Made by a program: the position numbers and the translations under genes
In this document: in pieces, positions 1 through 13,052 of the stretch
Numbering within the stretch: the stretch's first letter is position 1
How the letters are laid out: every line of letters begins with the position of its first letter
The notes under the pieces: model-generated
The model's input: only the letters and a program-made list of their open reading frames with translations
What the model was told of the DNA's origin: nothing
Database searches by the model: none
NCBI RefSeq assembly: GCF_023055435.1
Contig: NW_025963890.1
Location: 61,876,001 to 61,940,000, forward strand
Source: Haliotis rufescens
Lineage: Eukaryota
Direction of reading: 5' to 3'
Length of the DNA: 64,000 bases

Positions 1-136
1 CCGAAATATTCAAAGTTCAGATTAATAATTTTTTTAGAATTCTGTTCAAAAGGCTGTGACAATGCCAACCAATTGGTAATGAATATAGTATGATGTGTCA
101 ATATTATTGGAGTGACTCACATACCTGGTCAGGTTG

Positions 137-172
137 TTTAACTCCTTTGTCCTTTTACCTGTCCAGGTGAGT
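137..172 (+). promoter_or_regulatory. Candidate recursive splice site (acceptor directly followed by a donor)
   Basis: TTTAAC branch-like motif, pyrimidine tract CTCCTTTGTCCTTTTACCTGTC, then CAG|GTGAGT (AG 165-166, GTGAGT 167-172). Confidence 0.4.
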
Positions 173-3100
173 CACAGCTCAATTAGGGAGCTGTCGTTCT
201 TTGTTAGGACATGTTAACATTTTGTTGCATACAATATTGCATCAAAACTACATGGGCTGATCTCCTTGTCTTGGATCACATTCTTTTAGCAATGGAGTTT
301 TGGGAAAATATGTCAGGTGATGTGTGAAATTTGCAGTTTTCTTTATTGAATTATTTTGCAACCTCATTGAGAGGATATTGAGCTGGAACTAATGTAGCAA
401 GTACTAGAGATGCCGGGGCCGAACAAGAAATGTCTACCACAAAGACATGTAGGTGTTAACAAATGATACCCACATATTTAATCCTTCACCGGAGATATTA
501 TATCATTGTGGTTTTCATGACATGGGATGAATTTGCAGTATTTTTCAAAAGCTGAATAGCATTTTTGATGTATTGACATGAACATTTTTTGTATATAAAT
601 TATGTTGTGTATCCTTTGAAGAATATTTATGTACAAGTTGTATGCAAAATATTTTATCTTTAACAGCATTGACAGTTTTCTATAACGCTTGTGCTTGTCT
701 GTCTGTATTCATGAAACAGGCTATAAATTATTTGTGAAAACAGTCGATTAGCATATGGGAGAGATAATGACATAGCAAATATGATTCCGTATCACACTCC
801 ATTAACATGGGAGTTTCATGTGTCATGAAAATCAATATTCACATAGCTTTTCAAAACTGTGAGTAATTTCTGAAATTGCAATGCCTTGGGGTGTTTTGTT
901 GTAAAATTAGAACAAATATGAGTCACAGGGATATAAATAGATTCCAGACTTGTTAGTGTTTAGAAAATGTATTTTTAGATTACATGCTGTGACTGTACCC
1001 TTTTTAAATTTAGCATTCAGTCTGGGAAAATATTTGGTAAACTCTTTTTGCCCTAAGTTCAAATAAGTGTTGCATATAATACATCATCTAAATATACCTT
1101 TTGTTTTTGATTTGGTACATTGTGCACACTCGTATGCTTAATAATAACTTTATTTTCGGGTCTTTTATAAATATGAATTTATAACATGGAATAAACCTTA
1201 TTGGGAAAGAATCCATAACAAATGGGATAATTGTATGTTTATTTAGAAACTGTATAAATAATAAAGGAGAAAGGATGTTTCCTTGCCATACCCCTTTACC
1301 CTTCGGATGCATTAGAACTGTGGAATTTTGTTTGCTCTAAGTGTTCCTGTCACTCTGACCTGTACTTTCGTATAAAAGGTTCGGGGAGGAGCATTGAGGG
1401 TGAATCTTAGTTTGAAATTGTTCACCGTTAACGGTCTGATACTAATGATGGAAGGTGCAAATAAGGGCATCAGGAAAACTGTTTGCTCTGGCTCAACCAT
1501 TTGAAGGGGTGAAATTTAAACCCTTATGACTTTCAAAGGTGTGTGTCATTCTTTAGAAGGTATATCGTTTATCTGTAAATTTAGACTGAGAGTCTTAGAT
1601 TGGTGGCTTGTAGGTCTTTGAAAATTACACTGTTATTGTGAAAGTTTAGACCAGGCAACATAAAAAGATAGCTTGTGTGTCTTAAGAAGTTATATACATA
1701 TCAGAGAACGAATGCCTAAAACAGGTATGTCAGTCCTTTGAAACTGAACACAATCTATCATGGTGGAAATATTATGCTGAACATGCCGTTTTCCTGAGTT
1801 TCCAAAACACAGAACCTGAATTATTTTATGCAGGTAGAACAGGTTTGGTGAACTTGGTGTTATCCCATTTAAATGAAATTAATGATTCCTTCAAGGCTGG
1901 GATAGTATTTGGGGACAATAATAGGTGGTGTTTGTATCGTCTTTTGCAGTATATATATACTGCAAAAACATCCTTTATGTTGGTCACAAAATAGAATGGA
2001 ATTAAGCACTATTTTACAGTGATTAAGCAAATTATCATGCATTGAACACGAAATGAAAACAACTAAAATATGATATGATGATATTACAACAAAATCTCAT
2101 ATATCACATACAATATCAAACGTCTAACATAATTTTACTGTGATGAAACAAATTTCCACATTGAATGCAAAGTTGAAGGAATAAATAATGATTTTACAGA
2201 ATTGGAAAAGCAAAATCTAGTAAATTATATAAGTATGGTAGTCACATGTTATAAGCATGTAGGTAACTAGAAATTTGATATTCACTGTGATAACAAAATG
2301 AAAAAAGAACTTAACAAAGATGTGGCAGAATCTAGGAGATCACAATTACTCCATACTTTCACATATGCATTTTCAGTAGTATTTTAATGGTACGAGCATG
2401 TCTGAAAAAGCTTGGGATCTACTGATAATATCTAAGTCACAGAGGCATTTTCTAAGCAGGACTCTGAGTCATGGAAGGAGAATGTCATAAAACATAGACC
2501 AACACACTCCGTCACCTTAGACGTGTCTTTAATCTAGGGAATCGTGCGCAGGTAAAAATGATGTTATCTACAATCTCCATATGTTAGTGGGAACCCCATG
2601 GTTAGCTACATGGAGTATGGAATTCTTTGACAAAAAATTCATACGTCTATTCACAATTCAAATTTTCTGGTTGATATATGAGATTTATTTATCTACATCT
2701 GACTCTGGTAGAGATTTGGCTTCAAAGGGAAATACTGACGCTTGTAATGGGAAAATCATGAATATATTTATTTGGATGTTTTTCTTTGGATATATAAATT
2801 AAGACAGATTGTGGGATAAGTAATGCCTTTGTCCTGAATGTGTTAAATATGTAACTTATTAAAGAGATCCACTCATAACTGTACAAAGGGTTTGTATATT
2901 TTCTTTTGAATATTATTTAAATCCATATATGCCATTTATTTCAATTCATACAAATAAGGAAATGATTAAGCAGTAGGGAAATCATTGAGGTGTTTTGTAT
3001 TTGTTTGTACACTGAAACCTCTGTAAACATAACCCAATTGCACAAACATTTTAATCTTGTAGAAACATTGGGTGTGAAAGTTAATAAATACTCTCATTGA

Positions 3101-4340
3101 CTTTCAAACTCAACAACCTGCCGACCGTGTGTTAATACAGGCACGTTGAACATGTTGAAGCAGAGGCCGTTCAGTAGGACTGGAGCATTGGTAGCTGTAC
3201 GTGCTGGCTGTCATAGGCCTGTCTGATAGTTTGACAACTGTCATACCTTAACATGAAGAGGTTATCTAGGGCTTAATGCAGTAGGGGATTTCCTCACCTT
3301 CCATGCTAGAGAGGTTACTTGCGTTATCACCTAATTCATGTGTAACTATCTTTAACTGCTGAGGCCGAGTTTTATGAGTAGCAGTTAGAGTGTGACATGT
3401 TTAACACTTTGGTGTTGTTTGTTTATGAAGACATTGCTCAGCTTTGTTGATGGGTATCAGGAGAACAATGAAGGTAGTATGTCTATTTTCCAAATGAATA
3501 TATTGTTCAGTATTTTCTTCATAGTAAATGGAGCTTAAATTACTTCTTTGAAGAAGGGTGTACTTTTCTCCATATTTGTAAGAATTATTAATTATATTGT
3601 ATTTAAGTGTGAAAGAGTTAAAATTATTGTGAAAAATTTATAACGAAGAGGGTGTAAGATTGGCCCACTTTAAAATGATTAATGTTATTGTTTATGCATA
3701 TATTACCTATTATTCACCTTGGTTTGATTAAGGGTGGGTTGGGGAGGGGGGTATTTACATATATATTGCCCCGACACTTGATCTCATTTCAGCATAATAA
3801 ACACACTGTTTGATTGTCATTGAAAACCATAACAAATACTGTTAGTTTTAATTAAAACTTACATTGCTACTATGCGTAATATGACTCAGTAGCGACCAGA
3901 TATTGACATTCCCATGCCCTGCATGTGGCGTGTTGGGGCGGTGTATACGACCTGTATCTCCCACCATGGTCTGGGACAGTCAGAGTGCCAGGACAGCCAG
4001 GTGGTGCCGTGTGTGAGTGTATGCATGTACATGAACCTGCTTCACTTGTATTTACATAGACATGTCTACAGTTACCGAGTACACAATCCCACCCCACCAA
4101 TTTGTCGGAACCTTCTGTGCTAAGGCTGCTGTTCATATGTAGATGTTTCACCTTGTGTTATGGGGGATATCAGATGTTGCTGGTGGGTTGCTTACTGCTG
4201 CTGTTTTGTTGGTGACAGTTCAGTAACATTTTAATGTGCCTGTCTAAGGTACCAGCTGTCAATGCTGTTAAAGGTTGTCTTGTCAGTTCTTACAGTGTTG
4301 GCATATAACCGAAATACTGTTCTTAGCTACGTTTTGACCA

Positions 4341-4380
4341 ACTCACTCACTCACTCACTCACTCACTCACTCACTCACTC
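4341..4380 (+). repeat. (ACTC)n microsatellite, probable tail of a decayed SINE
   Basis: Tandem ACTC preceded by a degenerate SINE 3' tail (ataaccgaaatactgttc). Confidence 0.85.
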
Positions 4381-4615
4381 CTGTGAAGAACAGGCTGAGA
4401 ATGGCTCCCCAGCAATCCATGCTTTTGTAAGAAGCGACTAACAGGACTGGCTGATCAGGTTTTTCATCTTGGTTCATGCATGTCATGGTATCCCAATTTG
4501 TGTAGAACGATGCTCATGATGTCAATCATTGGATTGTCTCGTCCAGACTCTTATTTACAGACCGCCGTCATATAGCTGGAATATGGCATTTAACAACAAC
4601 CAACCAAACAAACAA
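4380..4615 (+). mobile_element. Family B short retroelement, diverged copy
   Basis: Matches the other B copies (gtaagaagcgactaa ... ccagactc ... ccgccgtcatatagctggaat) and has an AAAC/AACC tail. Confidence 0.85.
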
Positions 4616-4994
4616 CTGGACTAATTTAACATCTACCTATGAAAGTGTGTGTTGGATTGTAGGACAAATAGATCTTTCCAATTGTGTATACTTAAGGGAA
4701 TTTTGTACTTACATGCTATAATTGTTAAGACATGAATAGAAGTAACTGAGCTGTAAAGTGGTCTATAAAAATAAGGAGACCCTTTGTTGAGTATCAATAC
4801 TGGGTGATCAATGTGTGACAGCTGTCTGGCAGTACCCATACACCCTCAAACTGCATCTGCATCTGCAGCTGGTATATCTAATGATCTTCCAATATTTAGA
4901 GAACCAGGAGGAATATTTGGATAGTTACTGAGCTGTACTTGCATCATACAAAGGTTTTAAACAACAGGACTGCCATTGGATGATGTAACAGGTG

Positions 4995-5133
4995 ATAGCT
5001 CTGATGTGTGATACGTAGTATATATCATCAACTCTGCAGTGCGCTAATGGCACCAGTCAACTTAATAGCTCTGATGTGTGATACGGAGTATATATTATCA
5101 ACTCTACAGTGCGCTAATGGCACCAGTCAACTT
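4995..5133. repeat. Tandem duplication of about 70 bp
   Basis: atagctctgatgtgtgatacg...gcgctaatggcaccagtcaactt occurs twice back to back. Confidence 0.9.
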
Positions 5134-5527
5134 GTCTCACACTCCTGACTGTTTAACAGGACAACTTTTCTGCACATCTTTCTTTGTATTGTTTGTAAAA
5201 TGAACAAAAAGAGTTAGGGATCATGGAAATTTTTGGGGATATGGAAATAAAAATTGAGCACTCAATTTCATGAAAAAAATCACAAAATTATTCAAGATCC
5301 CTAATGTTTTGTGTTCAGTATATCAAAATGTTTATTGCAGGGTAAAATTTCCTGAGTTTAAGCATTGTATTTGTCATTGAAGCTCGTATTTCATTTCTTC
5401 CAGGTTTCATGTTGATATTCTAGAGGCAATGTTGGATCAGAGAATACTAATATGGATGACAGCTGATGGATATTTAAAGTTTGAAACATTTGAAGCCAAA
5501 TGCTTATGTCTGTTTTCTTTGTTTCAG

Positions 5528-5601
5528 ATTGCCATACGGATTACTATAAATAAGTGTAGAGCCAGCTCTGGCCTGGCTTCAAAATGAATTTATAATGATT
5601 G
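5528..5601 (+). other. Putative non-coding (5'UTR) exon, 74 nt
   Basis: Strong acceptor tgttttctttgtttcag and consensus donor G|GTAAGT; stops in all three frames; ends in ATGATTG. Confidence 0.55.
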
Positions 5602-5865
5602 GTAAGTACAAAGTTCCTTTTCCTTGCATTTCGTACATCTCATTTGAGAAAATGGCACATGGTACTGACCAACACCGTTGGTCAACAGTGAGACCTTCGG
5701 TCCATAGCTTGGAATTGTTTTAAGTATGAGCATCTGAATATTGCACCAAATATCAGCAAAAAGGAAATCACTGAAAGTGGAATTGTTTGGCCATCTGACG
5801 TGGAAACGATTGGCAGATATTGACAGAATTGGCCTGAAGAAAAGTAGACCAGGCCTAAAGATGCA

Positions 5866-6385
5866 AACTGGGAAACTATTGGCCCACAGACTGGGAAACT
5901 ATTGGCCCACAAACTGGGAAACTATTGGCCCACAAACTGGGAAACTATTGCCCCACAAACTGGGAAACTACTGGCCCACAGACATAGAAGCTGTTGGCCC
6001 ACAAACTGGGAAACTATTGGCCCACAAACTGGGAAACAATTGGCCCACAAACTGGGAAACTACTGGCCCACAGACATAGAAGCTGTTGGCCCACAAACTG
6101 GGAAACTATTGGCCCACAGACTGGGAAAGTATTGGCCCACAAACTGGGAAACTATTGCCCCACAAACTGGGAAACTATTGGCCCACAGAGTGGGAAACTA
6201 TTGGCCCACAGACTGGGAAACTATTGGATCACAAACTGGGAAAGTATTGGCCCACAAACTGGGAAACTATTGGCCCACAGAGCGGGAAACTATTGGATCA
6301 CAAACTGGGAAACTATTGCCCCACAGACAGGGAAACCTTTGACCAACAAACTGGAAATTTATTAGCTCAGAAACAGGGAAACTGA
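5866..6385. repeat. 23-bp minisatellite (AACTGGGAAACTATTGGCCCACA)n
   Basis: About 20 tandem units with recurring variant units; explains the overlapping repetitive ORFs at 5741-6385. Confidence 0.95.
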
Positions 6386-8633
6386 AGGCCCCTGAATATC
6401 TCAAAGCATCCAAACATTGCCCTAGAAACCATTGGCCCAGTAACACAGAAAGGATTATTCCTGCGACCCACACAGAAAACATTGATCTGCACACAAACAT
6501 ATTAACACAGCCCAGGAGTGAAACAGTTTTGAATTCTCGTCCCCTGAAAGTATTCTTTTGAAAATGAATATGTTACATTTTATGTCAGCCAGGTAACTGA
6601 TCAATTAGAAGTAAATATTGATTATGGACTTTTGATTGATTTTACTTGTGTAACATATTTCTGACTGATAGATCAATATTTCGCCTCACGACGCACTGTC
6701 CACATATTAGATTAGGAAGCCGGTAAGCAATTTCAAGCCTGTGTCATAGGTCACAGGGCCATCGGATCACAGTGACTGTGTCTACGATGTGGTAGCAGTA
6801 AAATGCAATACTTCTATCAAAACATGTCCTTTTGGATTTTGCAATATTTAAAGTTTTGTTGATTGATGTCTAGCATGAATAAATTGCATTTCAAACCTTC
6901 AGGTTTTTATTTTTGCCCGCTCACAGTTAGGTTTGAATTTGAATTCAGAATGATTCATGTGTAATAAATTTTGAAAGCCTTTGGCTATATATAGTCTGTT
7001 TTGATGTAGGGTCATGAGAAATATTTTTATTCCAACTTTGTGAAATGCTTTTCATTATTGTGTTTACAAAGGTGTGTGAGGGTTGCAAATACACCTCATC
7101 TCAAACCTTGTCATAAAAGGACTGCTAGGTGTTAAAGGTACTTGCAGCCTAAGTTGAAAATGAATTATGATGTAATTTGCCACGGTAATCAATCCCTTTC
7201 ATTTATCAATTGCCTCACAACATTCTGAAAAATAATTTTAAAAAGTAAACACTTTTAGAAAAAATGCAATTAGTTTCAATGATGAAGGTATTGATATGAT
7301 AATATATAGGTGTATTGTCCAGTGAAATGAAGCTTTAATATTAAATATGTTACCCCAAAATACACACAATCCCTTTGAGAAGCTTAGAAATTTACAAAAT
7401 GGTTCCAAAATTAAAAAATCGACAATTCCCAGCAGCCAAAACTTTACCTAACTAAAGTTCACATTTTTCTATGGTGTTTGTCCTTTTTCATGATTGTATG
7501 CCTTTGAAGCCCTGCTCCAATAGACGCACAGTAACTTGCTTGATAAAAAATAAAAATTGTTTAACTCTCCTGAAATAGAATATTGAGATATATCCATCGC
7601 ACTGGAGTGTTTGTTGTTATTCTTATTCTATAATAAGGTAATCGGAAGCTGAAAATGGAATAGAGGGACCCCAGCATCCACCCTTTGAAATTTATCTTCT
7701 ATGTACCCTGGCACTTCATTGTTAGATTGTGGTAGTTACTTGTTAAAAGCCTGAACCATATGATAAAACTCTCTGAGTCTTCATCCTTAATAAAACACCT
7801 GTAGCTTATCCTTATATTAAAGATATTAATGTCACCCTATAGTCCCATTCGGAGATATGATACAGAATAAGGCATAAAACCTGATACAAAAATGCGATGA
7901 ATGTCCTCCAAAGTTGATAATTTTCCATTTAATGATCGCCAGAGTCATTGTTGAAAATATGGCGACATGGCTGAGTGACCGTCTCCCCCCAATGCCCCCG
8001 GCTTTGTTCATCCACACCCTCACTGGAGGGTGGCAGCGATCTTCTGGAAGCTGGGCTCATGTGTTTCACCATGGGTGTGATGGTATTTACTGTGTGGAGT
8101 GAGATGTTAGCTTATTGTAGGTAAATGTTCTCCCATGACTCATTCACTATCACTGCTGGGAGTCCCTTTTTAGAATATTGGGGTATATCAATTTGTGATA
8201 TATATTTTTTTATTTTTTTATTTTATTCTTTTATTGAAATATTATTCTTATATACAAAATGAAGTTTCAAAAGGAGATATGTGACAAGATGGATCGGTGG
8301 ACTCTAGTTTCTTCATATATAGGTAAACATTGACAGACATACTGATTACTTACTGAAGCTACAGGGAAACTTTATTAAATGAAATATAGGTTATGTAAAA
8401 GATAATTCAATTATTTGAAATTATTTTTTCTTTTATAAGGGACTGAGGGGTTTGGTATTCTGGGGTGGGGGTTATCTAAAAAAAATGTATTGTCCCCGAA
8501 ATGAAAACAGACTGTTGAAAGAACAAAAAAATGTGTGTCACCAAAATGACATTGTTGCTAGATGTTTTTCTTTCAAACAACTCAGGCTTATAGTTTTAAA
8601 TAAAAACATATCTGGTTTTGTAGCTGTAGCTGA

Positions 8634-8905
8634 AAAATATCTTATCTCGATACTTAATCCCAATCACTTTTTGCAATATTCCAGCAATATCAATGGGATA
8701 AAAAAATATCTTATCTCGATACTTTATCCCAATCACTTTTTGCAATATTCCAGCAATATCAATGGGATAAAAAAATATCTTATCTCGATACTTTATCCCA
8801 ATCACTTTTTGCAATATTCCAGCAATATCAATGGGATAAAAAAATATCTTATCTCGATACTTAATCCCAATCACTTTTTGCAATATTCCAGCAATATCAA
8901 TGGGG
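8634..8905. repeat. 69-bp tandem repeat (about 4 units) containing a family A SINE 3' end
   Basis: The unit includes ttttgcaatattccagcaatatca, the reverse complement of the SINE tail. Confidence 0.9.
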
Positions 8906-9011
8906 GGGGGGAAGGGGACAATTTAAATAGGATTCACACATTGTTCCCATATAGGGCTTCTAACCCAGGCTTTTGGTGTGAGGCTTTAACCACTGGCCTA
9001 CCCCACCATCC
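8872..9011 (-). mobile_element. Family A tRNA SINE, degenerate
   Basis: Reverse complement of the A consensus (ttcacacattg, tttaaccact, ctacccc). Confidence 0.75.
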
Positions 9012-9089
9012 TCTCACTTATTAATAAAGAGATAGAAACGTATGTCACAATGTTTCTATCACATCAGTCAGTTGATCCTCCAAGAACAG

Positions 9090-9364
9090 GGGACACGGGT
9101 GGCCCAGTCATCTAAGGCGCAGCGATTCACTGTGCAGAGTTGCATCCCTTGGGCACGCCAGAAACCTATGATTGTGGGTTCGAATCCTGCTTCGCCCCGA
9201 TTTTGTTTCTAGGTTTGTCAGCATCATACCATGCTTGTGGGGTTCACTGAAGTGGTAAACGTTTGAGATCTGCATCACTTTCGGCTTTCCTCCCACATTA
9301 AGCTGCCATAATATAACTGGAATAGTGTTAAAAGCGGCGTTAAACCCAACTCACTCACTCACTC
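9090..9364 (+). mobile_element. Family D SINE (tRNA-Leu-like head, ACTC tail)
   Basis: A-box-like gtggcccagtcatctaaggcgc, B box gggttcgaatcc, shared 3' tail, TSD-like ctcc(a/g)agaaca. Confidence 0.85.
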
Positions 9365-10856
9365 CGAGAACATTGACTGTGTACTTCAAATTTTCCCCTT
9401 GACAACATACCCCTCAATATAATTTACACCACCACGACCTTGCACACGATGAGGGCGTGTGGCATTTTATCATAAATCTGTAATTCAGTCTTTATTACAT
9501 GCTATAAATATGGAAAATTACAGATAATATTTAGCATTTCATTACTTTATGAACCAAAACTGCTGGACATAGTTTTAATGGTGGACTATGTTTCTGATGT
9601 ATTTACTTATAAGTGATCATTTGTAGATTATGTGTGTGAACCATTCCAGAATCGTGCAGTTAATCACATGACGTAGCACTACCCGGACAACCAGTAATGT
9701 AGTCGGTGCCAGAGACTCTATTACCAGGAATGGCAATCACAGACAAAGGGAAATAACTCTGTCCCAGCTATCTGGCTGTAAGTCCATGAACAAATGGGAC
9801 AATATTCATAATACGCTACCTTGTGTAATATTATAATCAGCCCACTGCATGATGACTCATTCTGCCACACTGCAAGGTCTCCCGCACCAAATGAGGAGAG
9901 AGAGGACGGTTTCCATGACATTGTTAATTAATACACGACCTCGCCATGTTAGCTTGCTGACCTATGTCGGCCATCGTCGCAATGTCCGAACGGTCATGCA
10001 TATTGCCACTAGTATAGATGCACACACTGATTGGGATTCCTTATCTTTTTGATTTTCTCCCGATGTTGAACATGAGGAATCTAGACCAGGTTGCATTCAC
10101 TTTTCATGAATTATGTAAAATACTTTGTGTAAAGATTTTTGGTTTTGGTCAGAAATGATGGATTTGAAAGGTTTAGAGTGATATTATCCATGGTGTGTTG
10201 ACTTGAAGTTGGTGTTGCTGTGTTGGTAATGGTATTTGGGGTGACGGGGGGATGGGGGTTGGGTTCTTGCGTCATGTCGTGTTGGTCAGAAATTCGGAAG
10301 TGGTAATGCTGTGGCGAATGTTATGTGACTTGCTTGAGTGATAGGCATTTAAACCCCCAGTTATTGATCCTGAATTAATTTACAGGCAGATCTTTGAAAA
10401 AATCTGTTTTGGGCTGTAGTACCAGGCCTGCCTCCCTTCACGGTTTTCATGGCAGTAATATGGGGCGGCAGTGGTTGTGGTCCATATTGTTGGTGTGATT
10501 AGTCACACGGAATTTCTTCAGCAGGGAGATGGGGAGGGACTCCGCTGTTGTTGTTGAAATCAGTGAGAACACCGGCAGTGGCAAAACAGCTTTGAAAGCT
10601 TGCAGAAAAGTTAATGGACTAGAAGCAGGGTAAAATATGTAGATCAAGATGGTATTGTGGTTCGTCTTCTTCTTCGCAAGGAATTCCAAGATGGACGCTT
10701 AAATGAGAGGAAGGGACTATCATTTAGGTCTAGTTGCCAGAGATTGATGGGGTGGCCTTGTGGTTAAAGCATTCATCAGCCTGAAATTGTTAAAACCTGG
10801 GGTCGAATATTGTTCCTTATTGTGATTGTTCTGCAATATAGCCTAGGACTGTCTTT

Positions 10857-11033
10857 GGGGTAGTGGGGTAGCCTTGTGGTTGAAGTGCTCACTTGTCATG
10901 CCGTAAGCCTGAGTTTGATTCCCCATATGGGTACATTGTGTGATCCGCATTCTGGTTTTTCAGCCATGATATTGGTGGAATATTGCTGAAAGTGTCGTAA
11001 AACCATGCTCCCTCACTCATACACTCACTCACT
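10857..11033 (+). mobile_element. Family A tRNA SINE, diverged
   Basis: A/B box remnants, tgggtacattgtgtg body, ACTC tail. Confidence 0.85.
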
Positions 11034-11301
11034 AGGAATAAGTAAACATCACTAAATCACTCACACACTGACATTAATAAATGAAAGGTCAATGACAACT
11101 AACTTATGCTTTTATCATTCATGGGGTTCTAGTTGTATTCTGAAAGTATTTCAGAAACATCCCTGTCAATATATTTATTATAGTGTGTTTGATGATGTAG
11201 TCTGAAGTATTGTCTTTCTGTTCCATTACATATAACAAAGGACTTCAGTTTTGTTTTCTTGACCAAGATCAATCGCAAATGCTCACAAAATTTGTCCTTA
11301 A

Positions 11302-11954
11302 AGGGGAAGTGTACACGCAAAAATCACTTTCTTTCTTTTTCTAAACAAAACGCAATTTTAGAATCAGTTAGTATTTGTGTTTGAAAATATACACTCATTT
11401 TTTTCACAGTGAAAGTAGGAAGCTCACAATCGTGTGAAAATGATATGCCGTTGTGAGGCCTTCGTTTTTTCGAGCTAAACAGGCCTGAGTTATCCCCCTT
11501 AGATTATGACGTCATTGGTGCCAATTCAACTGGGTCCCTGTCTATTCTCAACGCAAAAGATATCAAGTACCAGTTTGCGGTAAAACAACATGGCCTACGA
11601 CACACTCCGGCGCAATGGTGACTCAGCATAACACTATGCTGGCTGGCATCTGAGACGCAAGAATCACACACCTGTACCTACACCACGTGAAGCGGCTCTA
11701 ATAAAGCATGATGACGTCATAATGTTTATCAATTGGCACCAATGACGTCATATTGCAAGGGGCATAAGCCATGGTGTTTTTGTTATGGAAATAGAACACT
11801 TGGTAAATGTGAAAAATATAAATAGTTTTAAAACGAAAAATATGTTAATTAATTGTGATATTTTTATATTTTTGTCTATGACATTTCTAGGTTAACATTT
11901 TTAATGTGGAAAAGGTACAAGAAAAATAGGTTCATTTCCGTGTGAACTTGCCCT
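11302..11954. mobile_element. Non-autonomous DNA transposon (Kolobok-like MITE)
   Basis: TTAA on both sides (11298-11301, 11955-11958); imperfect TIRs AGGGGAAGTGTACACG / CGTGTGAACTTGCCCT; internal 22-bp perfect inverted repeat. TTAA TSD with AGG...CCT termini fits Kolobok. Confidence 0.8.
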
Positions 11955-12035
11955 TTAAGGCTACCAGGATACCCTGGTTCTAGTTTCAAATCTCCCAATT
12001 CTGATCCTTTGTCAGCGCCATACATTCATGCTAAT

Positions 12036-12270
12036 GGGGTCGTTCAGGTAGCCTAGTGGTTAAAGCGTTCGCTCGTCACGCCGAAGACCTGGGTTCGATT
12101 CCCGACATGGGTACAATGTGTGAAGCCTATTCTGGTGTACCCAGCCGCAATATTGCTGGAATATTGCTAAAACCATACTCACTCACTCACTCACTCACTC
12201 ACTCACTCACTCACTCACTCACTCACTCACTCACTCACTCACTCACTCACTCACTCACTCACTCACTCAC
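12036..12270 (+). mobile_element. Family A tRNA SINE with a long (ACTC)n tail
   Basis: A box TAGCCTAGTGG, B box GGTTCGATTCC, ACTC array of about 95 bp. Confidence 0.92.
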
Positions 12271-12700
12271 GCTTATGGTTTTGTCCGAGTTTAATATTAA
12301 AGTTTTCATGGAGTCCATGAGGTTTGCATCAAGAGTATTTAAATCTACGACCCCCCCAAATCTTTACTTTTAGCAGTGGGCTTATTAACAGAACCATTTG
12401 ACCATTCTGTTTTATTTGGCACACCCACATAACTCTTGACATTCCTCCCACACTGAGCTGAAATGCAATCAGTCTGTGCTAGAAACAGTTTGAAGCCTGA
12501 CATGATCTCCTGGCATCAATTTCAATGTATGGGTGTTGATATATCTATTATTATCTCAGGTTCTGTACTAGTGGCTAAAGCTGCAGAATGTGCTGTGACA
12601 TGAAGGACATACTGTTCAAAATGGTTTTCATGACACAAATTCAGGTTAGAATCTTTTCTGGTGGACAAAGATAACCAAATGGATCAATGGCTTGGTTAAT

Positions 12701-13052
12701 GGTGAGGTGAAATGGGGTTTAACGTCGCGTCCAAGATTATTGCACTTGTATAGCGACGTGCATGTACGTGTGTGTGTTTGTGTGGCTGCTTGTACTAGTC
12801 CGGACTGATGCCAATTTATAGTGCTAGCTCACTGAGATACCATACCGCAGTTTAACATGAATACCCCACTCAGACACAGTATACTGACTCCGAGCCAACC
12901 AGTCCTTGTTTTAGCCCCTTAATGCCGAGTGCTAGACAGGGTAACAACAAGTACCATCTTTTAACGTCTTTTGGTATGACGCGGCCGGGAATCGAACCCC
13001 GGACCTTCCGCTCTTTGGGCGGACGCTCTACCACTAGACCACGGAGGCGGTC
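12701..13052 (-). mobile_element. Family C SINE (tRNA head + Meta/MESC-like + Deu/Nin-like body), full length
   Basis: Perfect 12-bp TSD GGCTTGGTTAAT (12689-12700, 13053-13064); A/B boxes on the - strand. Body GTCATACCAAAAGACGTTAAAAGATGGTAC...GACTGGTTGGCTCGGAGTCAG...CAGTGAGCTAGCACTATAAA resembles molluscan Meta+Deu SINEs (recalled, not searched). Confidence 0.9.

Noticed and set aside
5741-6385. Repetitive ORFs and CRISPR-like periodicity
   Set aside because: Head-to-tail 23-bp minisatellite with no unique spacers and no cas genes, in a eukaryotic context.
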